DNA of 64,000 nucleotides from Thermocladium sp. UBA166 (lineage in GTDB: Archaea; Thermoproteota; Thermoprotei; Thermoproteales; Thermocladiaceae): the NCBI GenBank assembly GCA_002508315.1, contig DAHE01000043.1, positions 1,228 to 65,227 on the forward strand, given 5' to 3'. The number at the start of each line of letters is the position of its first letter. Within the stretch, counting starts at the first letter, position 1. Below the pieces are notes generated by a model. That model worked only from the letters and a program-made list of their open reading frames with translations. It searched no databases and was not told the origin of the DNA. This document shows positions 39,976-50,600 of the stretch, in pieces. The position numbers and the translations under genes were made by a program.

Positions 39976-41250
39976 TCAATTGTTAATGGCTTTAAAGGAC
40001 TCCTCTAGCGCTTTTATAGTGTAATCAACTACATCCCTGTCATGCGCGGCCGACGTGAAGTTAACCTCGTATTGGCTGGGCGCCAGGTAGACGCCTCTCT
40101 TCAATGCCTCTGCGTGCACCTTTAAGTACATCTTCTCACTGCTTTCAGTTATGTCCTTGGTGGATTCAACGGGTTTCTTAGTGAAGTAGAACTGAAATAT
40201 AGATGCAACCCTATTGACCCATACATCCAGCCCAACCCTCCCTCCGATGTCTATGATTGCCTCACCCAACCGCTTCGCCGCTTCATTGGCGACGGAATAC
40301 GCTTGCTCTCCCTCCAGCTCCATGATAGTTGCAAGCCCAGCAACCATTGAGATGGGATGCGCATTGAATGTTCCAGCATTATAAACAGGCCCAAGGGGGC
40401 TCACCAGCCTCATTATTTCCCGAGACCCACCGAAGGCACCTATCGGGAAACCACCCCCGATTATCTTGCCCAACGTGGTTAGATCCGGCTTAACCCCGAA
40501 TAAACCCTGCGCTCCCTCCAATCCAACCCTGAAGCCGGTCACCACCTCATCCAATATAAGGAGAGCCCCATGCTCCTCGGTTAATCGCCTAACCTCCTTA
40601 ACATAACCCTCCCTAGGCGGTATTAAGCCGTAATTAGCGGCTATCGGCTCCATTATCACGGCGGCCACCTCGTTTCCCCTTTCCCGCATTGCCTTCTCCA
40701 GCGCATCTAGGTCGTTGTACGGCACCACTATTGTTAGCTTCGCCGCCTCATCGGGCACCCCCGCGCTGGTGGGGGTTCCCCACGTAGCTGCTCCGCTGCC
40801 TGCCTTCACAAGCACGTAATCATGACTGCCATGGAAATTGCCCTCGAATTTTATGATATACTTTCTGCCCGTGAATCCCCTGGCTAGCCTGATGGCATTC
40901 ATTGTGGCCTCCGTCCCGGTGCTGACGAACCTGATCATCTCAATGGACTTCACATGATTCATTATCTTGCGCGCCTCATCTATTTCCAGCTTGGTTGGGG
41001 CTCCATATAACCAATCCCGTTCAAGCCAATTCTGCACTGCCTTGAGCACAGCGGGGTGCTTATGGCCTAGGATTAGCGGGCCAAATCCCATGCAATAATC
41101 TATTAATTTGCCTCCATCTTCGGTAAATAAGTAGGCCCCCTCCGCCGATCTAACGTAGAAGGGATTGGGCAAGTGCTTCATGGCCCTGGCCGGACTATTA
41201 ACTCCGCCTGGAAATATGGTCGACGCAAGCTTGAAGAGATCGCTCGACAT
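39976..41250 (-). CDS. hemL: Glutamate-1-semialdehyde 2,1-aminomutase
   Basis: PGGVNSPAR, GTEATMNAIRLARG, DEVVTGFR, TLGKIIGGGFP, AGTFNAHP. Confidence 0.95.
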   Translation of the reverse strand: MSSDLFKLASTIFPGGVNSPARAMKHLPNPFYVRSAEGAYLFTEDGGKLIDYCMGFGPLILGHKHPAVLKAVQNWLERDWLYGAPTKLEIDEARKIMNHVKSIEMIRFVSTGTEATMNAIRLARGFTGRKYIIKFEGNFHGSHDYVLVKAGSGAATWGTPTSAGVPDEAAKLTIVVPYNDLDALEKAMRERGNEVAAVIMEPIAANYGLIPPREGYVKEVRRLTEEHGALLILDEVVTGFRVGLEGAQGLFGVKPDLTTLGKIIGGGFPIGAFGGSREIMRLVSPLGPVYNAGTFNAHPISMVAGLATIMELEGEQAYSVANEAAKRLGEAIIDIGGRVGLDVWVNRVASIFQFYFTKKPVESTKDITESSEKMYLKVHAEALKRGVYLAPSQYEVNFTSAAHDRDVVDYTIKALEESFKAINN

Positions 41251-41574
41251 GAGACTAATCGCTCGAGTGTTCCGCTTATTAACTTAGTGTAGCAATGGGT
41301 AAACTACCCCCGGGCTGGTTCTAGGTCCCTAAAGAATTGACTGGTAAGGGCGCCGAGCCGATTAGCGATAAAACTTATCCTGCCTTGAAAGGCAATGCTC
41401 ATCATATGAGCTCTATTATTTACTTGGCCTCATTGGCGGTAAGTGTTTCTTTCTGGCTTGATTTCGAGCCCTATTGATAACTGACACTAGAATTTATTGA
41501 AAGTTTTAGATAGGAGAGTTTACCCGATAATAAGCGTAATTGTTAATATACTTGAATGGAAGCCCGACAATTAA

Positions 41575-43464
41575 ATGGGGGATGAAATAGGCTATGTGGT
41601 GGGCAACATAGGCTCCAGCCAAGTCAAGGTCGCTATTAGAACTGATATGGCCGATAAGGTACAATTATTCGAGTACGTGTCATACAGGCATTTAAATTAT
41701 GAGATCCTCGGGTACGTGGTCAACATAAGCAGGGAACCCTATAAGATAGGGGAGGACCTGGCAGCCGATGCCCTGAGCAGCGCGGTTGGGGTGCAGTTGA
41801 TAGAAACGATAATAGCCACGGTTATGCTGCTGGGATACAAGGACTCAGGGCTTAAGCTACCTAGATCGCCCCCGCCCGTCGGCACTCCAGTTAGATTGGC
41901 TGACCCCCAGCTGATTAAGGAGTACTTGGGGCTACGAGGCAAGTTATGCGTGGGTTACTTGGCTTCCCAAGACGTGCCGGTGTGCCTCGACGAGAAGGGC
42001 TTGGCTAGGCACATGGCGATAATAGCGGCCACGGGAAGCGGAAAGACTTGGCTCTCCGTGTTATTGATAGAGGAGCTCCTAAAGCTGGGAGCCACGGTAG
42101 TAGTGCTTGATCCTCACGGCGAGTATATAACTATAAAGGACTCCGCCAAGAAGTTAGGCAATGCTGGAGTAACGGTGATAAAAGCCGCGAAGCATCATGT
42201 GGGGGATAAGCGGTACTCCATGAACGTGTTGAGGGTTGAACCGGATCAATTAGCATCCATAGCCGGGGTACCAACCGGCGCGTCGAGAATACGCCACGTG
42301 GTTTACTTGATTCACTCCCTCATGAAGATAATATACAAGACGGTAAACGGGGCCGGCGAGTCCGGCTCCGTGATTGGGATGATTAGATTGATAAATTCAC
42401 TGCTGACTCGCCCACTCAGCGCGCCTGATGTGCAAAGGGCGCTTAGGATTCAGCAGCCGATCGGTGAGGACAATGTAGTGGAGCCAGATAAATTCAAGCA
42501 ATTATTGAGCGAGCTTAGGTCGGCGGCCGGCGATTCCAGGCAACGTAGCGCGATAATTAGCGCGAGGGTTTACTTGAAGAGACTGGCGAGAACGGGCGTC
42601 TATAGGGGTCGCACGACTCCATTAAGCGATGTATTGAGGCCCCGCCATGTTTCCGTGATAAATCTAGCGGGCGTCAGCGATGAGGTACAAGATCACATAG
42701 CTTATCATGTTCTTAGCAGGATATTGAAGGCTAGAATAAACTATGTAAGGCAGTTGGGTAATCCCCAATACCCATACCCGGTTGTTGTAATAGTGGAGGA
42801 GGCCCACAGGTTTGCTCCCCCCAATAAATCGACGCTTTCCCACTCATTGATAAACAGGATAGCAGCGGAGGGCAGGAAATTCGGGGTTTACTTAGTGGTT
42901 ATAACGCAACGCCCATCCAAGATAGATCAGGATGTGTTGAGCCAGTGCCAGAACCATGCTATATTAAAAGTAGTTAACCCGCTCGACAGGGAAGCAATAA
43001 TAGCATCAAGCGAGGCGCTCAGCGATGAGTTGGTAAGGATAATTGGAGGATTAAATAAGGGCGAGGCGCTCATAGTTGGACCAATGGCCCCCGCCCCCCT
43101 CCTCATAAAGCTGCGCGAGAGGCGGTTGGACTACGGTGGAGGCGATATAGATCTGGACAAGTATTGGGGAGTCAGCGATGGGGAGTCCATAGCCAAGGTA
43201 AGGGATGCTTGGCGAAAAGCAATGATCCGCGCAACCCCTCCCCCGGATCTGGTGGCGACGGCGATGGGGTTGGCCGTGGATGGATTGAGCCAAAGGGGCC
43301 ACGTGGTTTCGGGCTATGTGGATGGATCATCAATTGAAATAAATCTGAGGGAAAGGACGTGGTCCTGCAGCAAGTGCGGGAATGCATTAACCCCATGCGA
43401 GCACGTGGTAGCTCTCTTCTCTAGAGTTGTGTTTGAGAAGGCATCGTTGCTCGGCATTGCTTAA
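41575..43464 (+). CDS. HerA-family ATPase (HAS barrel) with C-terminal SWIM-like zinc finger
   Basis: RHMAIIAATGSGKT, LDPHGEY, VEEAHRF, EGRKFG, TQRPS; tail WSCSKC...PCEH. Confidence 0.82.
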   Translation: MGDEIGYVVGNIGSSQVKVAIRTDMADKVQLFEYVSYRHLNYEILGYVVNISREPYKIGEDLAADALSSAVGVQLIETIIATVMLLGYKDSGLKLPRSPPPVGTPVRLADPQLIKEYLGLRGKLCVGYLASQDVPVCLDEKGLARHMAIIAATGSGKTWLSVLLIEELLKLGATVVVLDPHGEYITIKDSAKKLGNAGVTVIKAAKHHVGDKRYSMNVLRVEPDQLASIAGVPTGASRIRHVVYLIHSLMKIIYKTVNGAGESGSVIGMIRLINSLLTRPLSAPDVQRALRIQQPIGEDNVVEPDKFKQLLSELRSAAGDSRQRSAIISARVYLKRLARTGVYRGRTTPLSDVLRPRHVSVINLAGVSDEVQDHIAYHVLSRILKARINYVRQLGNPQYPYPVVVIVEEAHRFAPPNKSTLSHSLINRIAAEGRKFGVYLVVITQRPSKIDQDVLSQCQNHAILKVVNPLDREAIIASSEALSDELVRIIGGLNKGEALIVGPMAPAPLLIKLRERRLDYGGGDIDLDKYWGVSDGESIAKVRDAWRKAMIRATPPPDLVATAMGLAVDGLSQRGHVVSGYVDGSSIEINLRERTWSCSKCGNALTPCEHVVALFSRVVFEKASLLGIA

Positions 43465-43558
43465 CAAAGACTGCTCGCTTCATAAACGGTTGATTTAATT
43501 GAACATAGCCAGCCCATCGATAAAACATTTTTAAGCAATTGCAAAATGGCTCGCCTCC

Positions 43559-43858
43559 ATGCTGGTTTACGTGCTGGACGATGATAAAATACTGGATACT
43601 GATAAATCAGCTCATGACTTCAGCTCATCGTGCAAGTGCAGCGTGTATGCGCGTCACATAGTAATCAATGTGGAGAAAGCCCCCGATTTAGATGTGATAA
43701 ACTCGATCAAGGGAGTCTTCGACTCTTGGATAGGCGATGGTCTTCACATAGTCTTCAACCCATTAGAGGCCACAATAGAAGACATAGCGAGGGGGCTTCT
43801 ATCTCAGGGCTTGGAGCCTGTCCTTCGGGTAGAGGAGGATGTTAGGTATATATTGTGA
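43559..43858 (+). CDS. Hypothetical protein (99 aa)
   Basis: ORF with a TTTTTAA box upstream; no motif recognised. Confidence 0.6.
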   Translation: MLVYVLDDDKILDTDKSAHDFSSSCKCSVYARHIVINVEKAPDLDVINSIKGVFDSWIGDGLHIVFNPLEATIEDIARGLLSQGLEPVLRVEEDVRYIL

Positions 43859-43913
43859 TGCGCATCTTGGATAATCCGTAGTAGCTACTTGAAGATGCGT
43901 GTAGCTGCATGGA

Positions 43914-44975
43914 TTATTGGGACCAGTTGCCTGTCTCCAAGTATTCCTCAACGGCTCCAGCTGCCTTTATTCCAGTGGCCAATGCCTTTCCTATGAGTGA
44001 GGGCCCCGTAGCTACGTCCCCCGCCGCAAACACTCCTTTTCTGCTGGTTCTGTATTTCGCATCCACGTCGATGGAGTTATTGTGTCTCAGCTTTATTCCT
44101 GCGTATCCGTCCTTGAACGGGGGAGTCGGCAATTCCCCGGTCGCCGAGATGACGTTATTTACGGGAACCACGTACTCCGATCCAGGAATGGGTTCGGGAG
44201 CTGGCCTGCCGGATTTATCCGGCTTCCCGAGCTTCATCTTTATCAGTTTAAGCGCCTCAACAGCTTCCTTTCCAATCACCTCGACGGGGTTAGTCAACTC
44301 GATGAACTTAATGCTCTTCTGTATCAATCTATTTATCTCCGCCTTGCCGGCCGGCGCTTCATTTATCGTTCTTCTATACATGACTTGCACGTCGCTGGCC
44401 CCCTTCATTTGGGACTCCAGGGCGGCGTCTACCGCGGTTAGTCCGGCCCCTATCACAGCAACGGAGTTACCCACCCTATACACTGCCTCCGGCGGTAGGT
44501 AACCGTTCTCATGCGCATATATCCTGTAAAGGAAGTCCAGCGCCAAGTAGCTTCCCCTCAATTTATCGCCGGGCACGCCGAGCTCCCTCGATTTCCAAGT
44601 CCCCGTCGCTATTAGCGTTGCATCGAATGAATTGATTATATCATTCAACTGCATCTTCTTCTCGGCGAATTCGTCTCCATCATTGTGCTCATCCAAGTCG
44701 CCCACCACCTTGATCTTATTATGAAATATAACCCCAAGCTCCGCCAGTTCCTTTATTCCGGCCCTTATATTATCGCGGGGAAGCCTCCAGGCCGGTATTC
44801 CGAATATAGTCAAGCCGCCGGGCTCTGGGAGCTTATCGTATATCTCCACGTCGTATCCCTTGCAGATTAGATATCCGGCCGCGCCCAACCCGGCCGGCCC
44901 GGCCCCTATTATGGCTACCTTCCGTCCCTTCTTGGGAATGCTTTGGCCAGGCGAGCACTTCAGTGCGAACTTCAT
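43914..44975 (-). CDS. FAD/NAD(P)H oxidoreductase, GltD/SudA-like
   Basis: IIGAGPAG, GGLTIFGIP, VIGAGLTAVD, MYRR, FAAGD. Confidence 0.85.
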   Translation of the reverse strand: MKFALKCSPGQSIPKKGRKVAIIGAGPAGLGAAGYLICKGYDVEIYDKLPEPGGLTIFGIPAWRLPRDNIRAGIKELAELGVIFHNKIKVVGDLDEHNDGDEFAEKKMQLNDIINSFDATLIATGTWKSRELGVPGDKLRGSYLALDFLYRIYAHENGYLPPEAVYRVGNSVAVIGAGLTAVDAALESQMKGASDVQVMYRRTINEAPAGKAEINRLIQKSIKFIELTNPVEVIGKEAVEALKLIKMKLGKPDKSGRPAPEPIPGSEYVVPVNNVISATGELPTPPFKDGYAGIKLRHNNSIDVDAKYRTSRKGVFAAGDVATGPSLIGKALATGIKAAGAVEEYLETGNWSQ

Positions 44976-45194
44976 GTCAATCCGGCATTGCCGCTTAGCC
45001 CCGCTTAATAAGCATTGGTGAGAAGAATAACCCGTCACGAAGATACGTAGTGGTTTGCCCGGGCTTTACGTCAATGACCGCATCAGTGATTTCATTACTT
45101 AGGTCGGGGGCAGGCTAGAAATTGATGGTTCAATTACTCGGCATTGCGGACTAAACGTTTAATAACCCTTGAGGTTCTGTGATTGTTGGTGTAA

Positions 45195-46340
45195 ATTACG
45201 GCAGGCGTTTACATAAATGGCTATGCAGAGGTACCTCCCAGCAGGCATTATGAGAAGGGCGTCACGGATCTTTTCGCTGAATCCACATTGAGAGCAATGA
45301 GCGCCTCCGGCAATCCGGATATACGAATGATATACATAGCATCGGCATTAATGGAATTGACCTCCGAGCAGCTGAATGCAGGTAACGTGTTGAGGGAGTA
45401 TATAGGGCTGAAAGGAGTTCCAACAATGAGGATAGAGAACGGAGATGGATCCAGCAGCCTGGCCATACTGGCTGCCGTGAACGATGTTAAATTAAAGGGG
45501 GGCTGCGTGATGGTTGCCGGCGTGGAGAAGCCTCATGAAGTCACCTCCACAAAGCTCAATAAATTCGTGTCGTTCTCCACCAACAGCGAGTACGAGGCGT
45601 TCTTTGGAGTAACCCCCGCTGCGCAGGCAGCCATAATGGCGCGGGAGTACATGAATAAGTACGAGTATTCCTATGAGGACATAGCGGTGTGGCCTCTCAA
45701 AATGCATGAGCGTGGGGCTCAGAATCCCAATGCATACTTCAGGAAGGCCGTCAAGATCAAGGACATAACGGAGTCAGAGCTGGTGGCCGATCCGCTGAGG
45801 CTATACGACGTGGCTCCCTATGTGGACGGCTCGGCCGCCGTCATACTATGCGCAGAGCCAAATAAGCGCGATGCAGTGATTCAGGTATCGGGTGCTGGAA
45901 TGGGCGTTGGCTCCGCGTACTTCGCATCGAAGCAGGCGTATGATGCATTGGAATCGGTTGGGCCAGCCACTAAGCAAGCATTGAAGGAGTCCGGAATGGA
46001 GCTTGAGGATGTGAGGGTAGTCAACGTGCATGATACCTACAGCATAATAGGATTGCTCTCGCTGGAGGCCATGGGATTATCGAAGCAAGGAATGGCTCCT
46101 AGGTTGATGAGAGATGGCGAATTCGACGGCGGGGGAAGGGTTGCGGTTAACATGGATGGTGGATTAAAGGCAATGGGGTTCCCAATAGGCGCCTCCGGCC
46201 TATATCAATTGATAAGCTCCGCGATTCAATTGAAGGGGGAGAAGCCATTCGAGTCTCTGAATGCGGATACGGCGTTGGTTCACGATATGGTCGGCGTGGA
46301 TCAAGAAAGCATAGTAATAGCGTTGAGGCGGGGTGATTGA
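45195..46340 (+). CDS. Thiolase-family (acetoacetyl-CoA thiolase-like) protein with degenerate catalytic motifs; probable non-canonical start
   Basis: Thiolase fold motifs (DPLRLYD, DGSAAVIL, VHD, NMDGGLK.MG.PIGASG); homology extends upstream to ATT at 45195. Confidence 0.75.
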   Translation: MTAGVYINGYAEVPPSRHYEKGVTDLFAESTLRAMSASGNPDIRMIYIASALMELTSEQLNAGNVLREYIGLKGVPTMRIENGDGSSSLAILAAVNDVKLKGGCVMVAGVEKPHEVTSTKLNKFVSFSTNSEYEAFFGVTPAAQAAIMAREYMNKYEYSYEDIAVWPLKMHERGAQNPNAYFRKAVKIKDITESELVADPLRLYDVAPYVDGSAAVILCAEPNKRDAVIQVSGAGMGVGSAYFASKQAYDALESVGPATKQALKESGMELEDVRVVNVHDTYSIIGLLSLEAMGLSKQGMAPRLMRDGEFDGGGRVAVNMDGGLKAMGFPIGASGLYQLISSAIQLKGEKPFESLNADTALVHDMVGVDQESIVIALRRGD

Positions 46341-46758
46341 TGTGGTGGAGCAAAACCTATCCATACCCAAGTACTGGAGGAGAACTCAACAATACTATAG
46401 ACTAGTTGCAACTAGGTGCGCCAAGTGTGGGAAAACATACTTCCCGCCCAGGAGGGTATGCGATTGCGGCAATGATGCGCTGGATCCATTTGAATTACCT
46501 AAAAACGGGTCCCTGGTCACCTTAACCGTCCTGAGAAGCGTTTCCGTGGACTTCGAGAAGCAAAGGCCATTATTGATTGGAGTGGTGGATCTCGGCGGGG
46601 TTAAGTTAATGGGTCAAATAGTTGACTGCCCATCGCCGACAGCATTGAGGGCTGGGACTCCCATGGAGGTGGTTTTCAGACGCGTGAAGGAGGACGGCGA
46701 GCACGGAATAATTTATTACGGTTACAAGTTCAGGCCAGTTAAGGGGTGTGAGTCATGA
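46333..46758 (+). CDS. DUF35 Zn-ribbon/OB-fold scaffold protein
   Basis: [30 protein letters not shown]; between the thiolase and HMG-CoA synthase. Confidence 0.88.
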   Translation: MIDVVEQNLSIPKYWRRTQQYYRLVATRCAKCGKTYFPPRRVCDCGNDALDPFELPKNGSLVTLTVLRSVSVDFEKQRPLLIGVVDLGGVKLMGQIVDCPSPTALRAGTPMEVVFRRVKEDGEHGIIYYGYKFRPVKGCES

Positions 46759-47795
46759 TAGGAATAGTGGGTTGGGGAACATACATACCCCGCTATAGGA
46801 TAAAGACGACCGAAATAGCGGAGTCTTGGGGAGACGACCCGCTGAGGATAAAGGACATGTACCTAGTGGAGGAGAAGGCGGTCGGCTTATTCGATGAAGA
46901 TACGGTTACCATGTCCGTCGAGGCAGGCAGGATAGCCATAAGGCGGGCCGGAATAGATGCTAGCCACGTGGGCGCCATATTCGTTGGAAGCGAGTCGAAG
47001 CCGTACGCGGTGAAGCCCATATCGTCCATTTTAATAGATGCATTGGGCACGTCTAGGAACGTGTTCACCGCGGATTTGGAGTTCGCATGCAAGGCTGGGT
47101 CCGACTCCATTGTATCGGCAATGGGATTGGTGAAATCCGGGATGGTTAAATACGGATTGGCGATAGGCACCGATGCATCGCAAGGCGAGCCGGGGGAGCA
47201 CTTGGAGTACAGCGTGGGAACGGGCGCGGCCGCGTACGTGATAGGCTCTAATAACGTGGCCGCCGAGATAAAGGCCGTTCATCCATTCGTCAGCGACACG
47301 CCGGACTTCTGGAGGAGGGAGGGATACCCATTCCCCGTCCATGGGGAGGGGTTCACAGGCGAGCCCGCGTACTTCAAGCACGTCATCACCGCCGCCAAGG
47401 AATTGATGACTGAGCTAGGCATGAAGCCGAGCGACTTCGATTACGCCATATTCCATCAACCCAACGCCAGGTTCCCGTTGAGGGCAGCATCGATATTGGG
47501 GTTTCCCCTGGATAAGGTCAAGGATGGCATAGTGGTGGATAAGATAGGCAATACTTACAGCGCCGCGGCTTTAATGGGCCTGGCCAACGTGTTGGAGAAG
47601 GCTAAGCCGGGCTCCAAGATATTGATGGTGCCCTTCGGCAGCGGCGCTGGAGCCAATGCATTCTACATAGAGACCACGGATCTTGTGGTGGAGAAGGCTA
47701 AGATGGGAAAAACCGTTGAGCAGTACTTGGCTGAGAAAGTATACATAGATTACTCATATTACCTCAAGTACAGGAAGCTAATAAGGCTTCACTAA
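46755..47795 (+). CDS. Hydroxymethylglutaryl-CoA synthase (archaeal)
   Basis: [45 protein letters not shown]. Confidence 0.93.
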   Translation: MIGIVGWGTYIPRYRIKTTEIAESWGDDPLRIKDMYLVEEKAVGLFDEDTVTMSVEAGRIAIRRAGIDASHVGAIFVGSESKPYAVKPISSILIDALGTSRNVFTADLEFACKAGSDSIVSAMGLVKSGMVKYGLAIGTDASQGEPGEHLEYSVGTGAAAYVIGSNNVAAEIKAVHPFVSDTPDFWRREGYPFPVHGEGFTGEPAYFKHVITAAKELMTELGMKPSDFDYAIFHQPNARFPLRAASILGFPLDKVKDGIVVDKIGNTYSAAALMGLANVLEKAKPGSKILMVPFGSGAGANAFYIETTDLVVEKAKMGKTVEQYLAEKVYIDYSYYLKYRKLIRLH

Positions 47796-48020
47796 CGGGG
47801 AAAGTTTTACCAGTTTTTCTAAACATTATCCATTCAGCTAAAAATAATCTAAATCATTATATGCGTTACCAAAAATTGGACACGAAATAGATAAACCCCC
47901 AACCAAGCAATGAAGGCTGGGCTTCCGCTATATTCTGGGACAATTGCTTTCCTTCCCGCATGGTTGAGGCGGGTAATCTAGTCGGCAAAGTATTTAATTG
48001 AGTTATTAATAATCCCAGTC

Positions 48021-48054
48021 TGTGATTTTTAGGAGGTTTGTGATTTTTAGGAGG
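48021..48054 (+). repeat. Tandem duplication TGTGATTTTTAGGAGG x2 at the TPR gene start
   Basis: Two copies 18 nt apart (encoding IFRRFVIFRR). Confidence 0.7.
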
Positions 48055-48660
48055 GCCGTGGAGTATGAGGAATTGATAGATGAAGAACCGGAGAATAGGG
48101 CTCGTTCATGGCTGATAATCCCTCAATTGGTTAAGTCCGGCGTTTTGAAGCCCATAGATATTCGTAATATAGTGAAGCTTTCCTGTAAGGAGAAGGACAA
48201 GGATATAGTGGGTGTAATATACAGGGTAGTGTATGAATTAATAGACTCCGGTATTGTGGACTTAAATGACTTGCCGCGCTGCATTAAGTCGAAGTTTTTC
48301 TATAAGGCGGCCAGCTTCATGTTTGATAATGATGATTATGAGAGCGCTATAAAGGCGTATACCATGGCCATAGAGAGAAACCAAAACAAGAAGAATGCAT
48401 TATTTAACAGGGCCCTTTCCTATATAATACTTTATAGGGATGATCCTCGGCCGGATTACTTAGATTTGGCGGAGATGGATCTTAATGAGGTTCAAAAAAT
48501 GGAGAGCGTAAAGGATGATGTGGCGTTTCTGATGGGTTTCATAAAGGAAGAACGGGGGGACTTGGGTGAGGCAATAAACTGGTATTCAATGGCAGTTAAG
48601 CTGAACAAGAATAATAAATTGGCCAAGGACGCATTAGATCGCCTTCGAAAAACTCGGTGA
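48022..48660 (+). CDS. TPR-repeat protein
   Basis: YESAIKAY..AIE, ALFNRALSY, EAINWYSMAVKLN TPR-like helices. Confidence 0.75.
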   Translation: MIFRRFVIFRRAVEYEELIDEEPENRARSWLIIPQLVKSGVLKPIDIRNIVKLSCKEKDKDIVGVIYRVVYELIDSGIVDLNDLPRCIKSKFFYKAASFMFDNDDYESAIKAYTMAIERNQNKKNALFNRALSYIILYRDDPRPDYLDLAEMDLNEVQKMESVKDDVAFLMGFIKEERGDLGEAINWYSMAVKLNKNNKLAKDALDRLRKTR

Positions 48661-48727
48661 ACTACCCCCGGCTCTACGGCTGAGATTTCCCTTCATATAG
48701 CTCACAATAAGCGCGTCCTTAACCTTA
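48657..48727 (-). mobile_element. IS200/IS605-type right end or miniature element
   Basis: Minus strand ...AAATCTCAGCCGTAGAGCCGGGGGTAGTTCAC; TTTAA at 48728-48732; supplies the TGA stop of the TPR gene. Confidence 0.55.
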
Positions 48728-48756
48728 TTAAATGGCGTGTACTGGCTCTGCAAGTC

Positions 48757-50232
48757 ATGGACGAGCTGCTGGCGTTGGGGCTCTTACTGCTCTTGGCCAA
48801 GCTAGCGGAAGAAGCATTTGAGAGGGCCAAGCTAGTCAGGTTCTTAGGGCCAGTAGTGGTGGGGATAGCCCTTGGGCCCGGGGCCTTAGGGTTAGTTCAA
48901 GTAGGCCCAGTAGTAGGTTTCGTCTCTGAGCTGGGCATAGTCTTCCTCCTCTTCTTAGCGGGTGCGGAGGAGTTAGAGAGCGGGGCCTCGGTAAGCCCTA
49001 AGTTAATCGCCTCTACAGCCTTGGGGCTGGCTATTCCTCTAGCCGCGGTCTCCCCCCTGCTATTTGCAGTGGGCCAGTTCAATCTCCTCATCGTTATTCC
49101 CCTGGCCATGACCAGCGTAGGCCCCATGGTGAGGCTGTTATCCGACCTCGGATTGACTGGGACTAAGGAGGGGATTACTGCCTTCTCCCTTGGGCTAATT
49201 AACGAGACCGCCGCGATAGTGGCCTTCTCGGCACTGCTGAACTTCAGGCCTATCTTCATAGCGTTAATCGCGGTCCTCTTAACTGCAGTGGTGCTGGGCG
49301 GTAAAGCGTTTGCGTCCCTCCTCAAGAGGAGCGAGATGGTGATCGGCGCAAGGGAGGCGGAGACCGCCTTCATAATTTCCCTTATCTTGATTCTGGGTTA
49401 CTTCACTTCCCTCTTGAACTTCAACTTAGCCATAACCGCCTTCTTCCTCGGGGCCGTGCTCAGGGATTACTTGTCACAGAGGCCCCAAACAGCCTCGAGG
49501 CTCAGGGCTATAACTTACGGCTTCTTCGAGCCCGTGTTCTTCGCGAGCATAGGTCTCTACTTCGTTAAGATCTCACAGGACTTATTCCTGCTCTCTCTAG
49601 CCTTGGCCCTCGTAATTCTGGTTTCAAAGGTTCTTTCCGGTTACTTAGAGGGCCTAATGCTCAAGACGAGTCCGAGAACCATAGCTCTTGGGGCGTCGAC
49701 TAAGGGAGGGGTAGATATATCATTATTAATAACTGCATTAGGCGCGACGGTAATAAGCGGGGCTCAGTACACGGTCTCTACTATAGCGATAACTGTCTCT
49801 GCCCTAGTTGTTCCCCTAGCCTTCAGGGCCGTCCACAAGAACGAAGTGAAGCCCCAAATTAGGGTAAGATCCGTGAAGGACGTTGCAATAGACCTAAAGG
49901 TCTCGGCAGATCAAACCGTCAGAGAGGCCGTGGACTTGGTGGAAAAGAACGGCATTAGGGCTTTGGTAGTGGTCGACGAGGGCTCGAGGCCAATAGGGAT
50001 TATAACGGTTACGACCATGATAGAGACCCCCGTTGAGCTATATAACGTACTGAAGGTCACTGAGGTTCAACTCGAGGACGTAGTGGTAATAAACGAGAAA
50101 GCGAGCTTGAGCGAAGCACTGAACCTCTTCGCCTTGACTGGCACCGCAGTAATTGCGGTAGTCGACGACCGGGGCCGGTTCTCGGGAGCGCTCTACGAGA
50201 GGAGGATGCTGGAGGCCTTGCTGAGGAGCTGA
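48757..50232 (+). CDS. Cation:proton antiporter (CPA2/Kef-type) with C-terminal CBS pair
   Basis: GIALGP, LGIVFLLFLAG, FFEPVFFASIG, about 12 TMs; CBS motifs LVVVDEGSRPIGII. Confidence 0.85.
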   Translation: MDELLALGLLLLLAKLAEEAFERAKLVRFLGPVVVGIALGPGALGLVQVGPVVGFVSELGIVFLLFLAGAEELESGASVSPKLIASTALGLAIPLAAVSPLLFAVGQFNLLIVIPLAMTSVGPMVRLLSDLGLTGTKEGITAFSLGLINETAAIVAFSALLNFRPIFIALIAVLLTAVVLGGKAFASLLKRSEMVIGAREAETAFIISLILILGYFTSLLNFNLAITAFFLGAVLRDYLSQRPQTASRLRAITYGFFEPVFFASIGLYFVKISQDLFLLSLALALVILVSKVLSGYLEGLMLKTSPRTIALGASTKGGVDISLLITALGATVISGAQYTVSTIAITVSALVVPLAFRAVHKNEVKPQIRVRSVKDVAIDLKVSADQTVREAVDLVEKNGIRALVVVDEGSRPIGIITVTTMIETPVELYNVLKVTEVQLEDVVVINEKASLSEALNLFALTGTAVIAVVDDRGRFSGALYERRMLEALLRS

Positions 50233-50289
50233 GCTTAAATTTGACTAACCTATTTCAACTAGACTAATCGCGGGCACGCTTAATAGAGA

Positions 50290-50600
50290 AAGCCATACTT
50301 GTTGTATATAGGGCCACCAGGGCTTGTCTTGATCTCAGAGGTTATCCTCAGTCCTCCTCTTCCCATTCCGTTAACGACCTCAAGCAGGGCATTGCTTGCA
50401 TCGGGCCTAGACCTGCACTGCTTGAAGCCGGTCTCTCCTAGGTCTTCTTTGATGGGCGAATCGAGTACTTGAGCAATAAGTTAACTGCATAGCTTCTTCG
50501 CTTGTCTCTCCGCATTGTTCTTCAATGTTAAAAGTGCTTCCATGGGCAACCCCACTAGGGAGGAGGGGCTTTCACTTCCTTACCCCTCTCCCCCAAAAGG
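50290..50600 (-). mobile_element. IS200/IS605 left end plus decayed tnpB-like 5' fragment
   Basis: Minus strand TTTAA|CCTTTTGGGGGAGAGGGGTAAGGAAGTGAAAGCCCC, then ATG 50543 (MEALLTLK...) with an early stop; left boundary approximate. Confidence 0.5.

Noticed and set aside
41297-41320. GGTAAACTACCCCCGGGC right-end-like motif upstream of hemL (similar weak motif near 47890-47930)
   Set aside because: Too short and degenerate, with no matching left end; probably an old scar, so not listed as a feature
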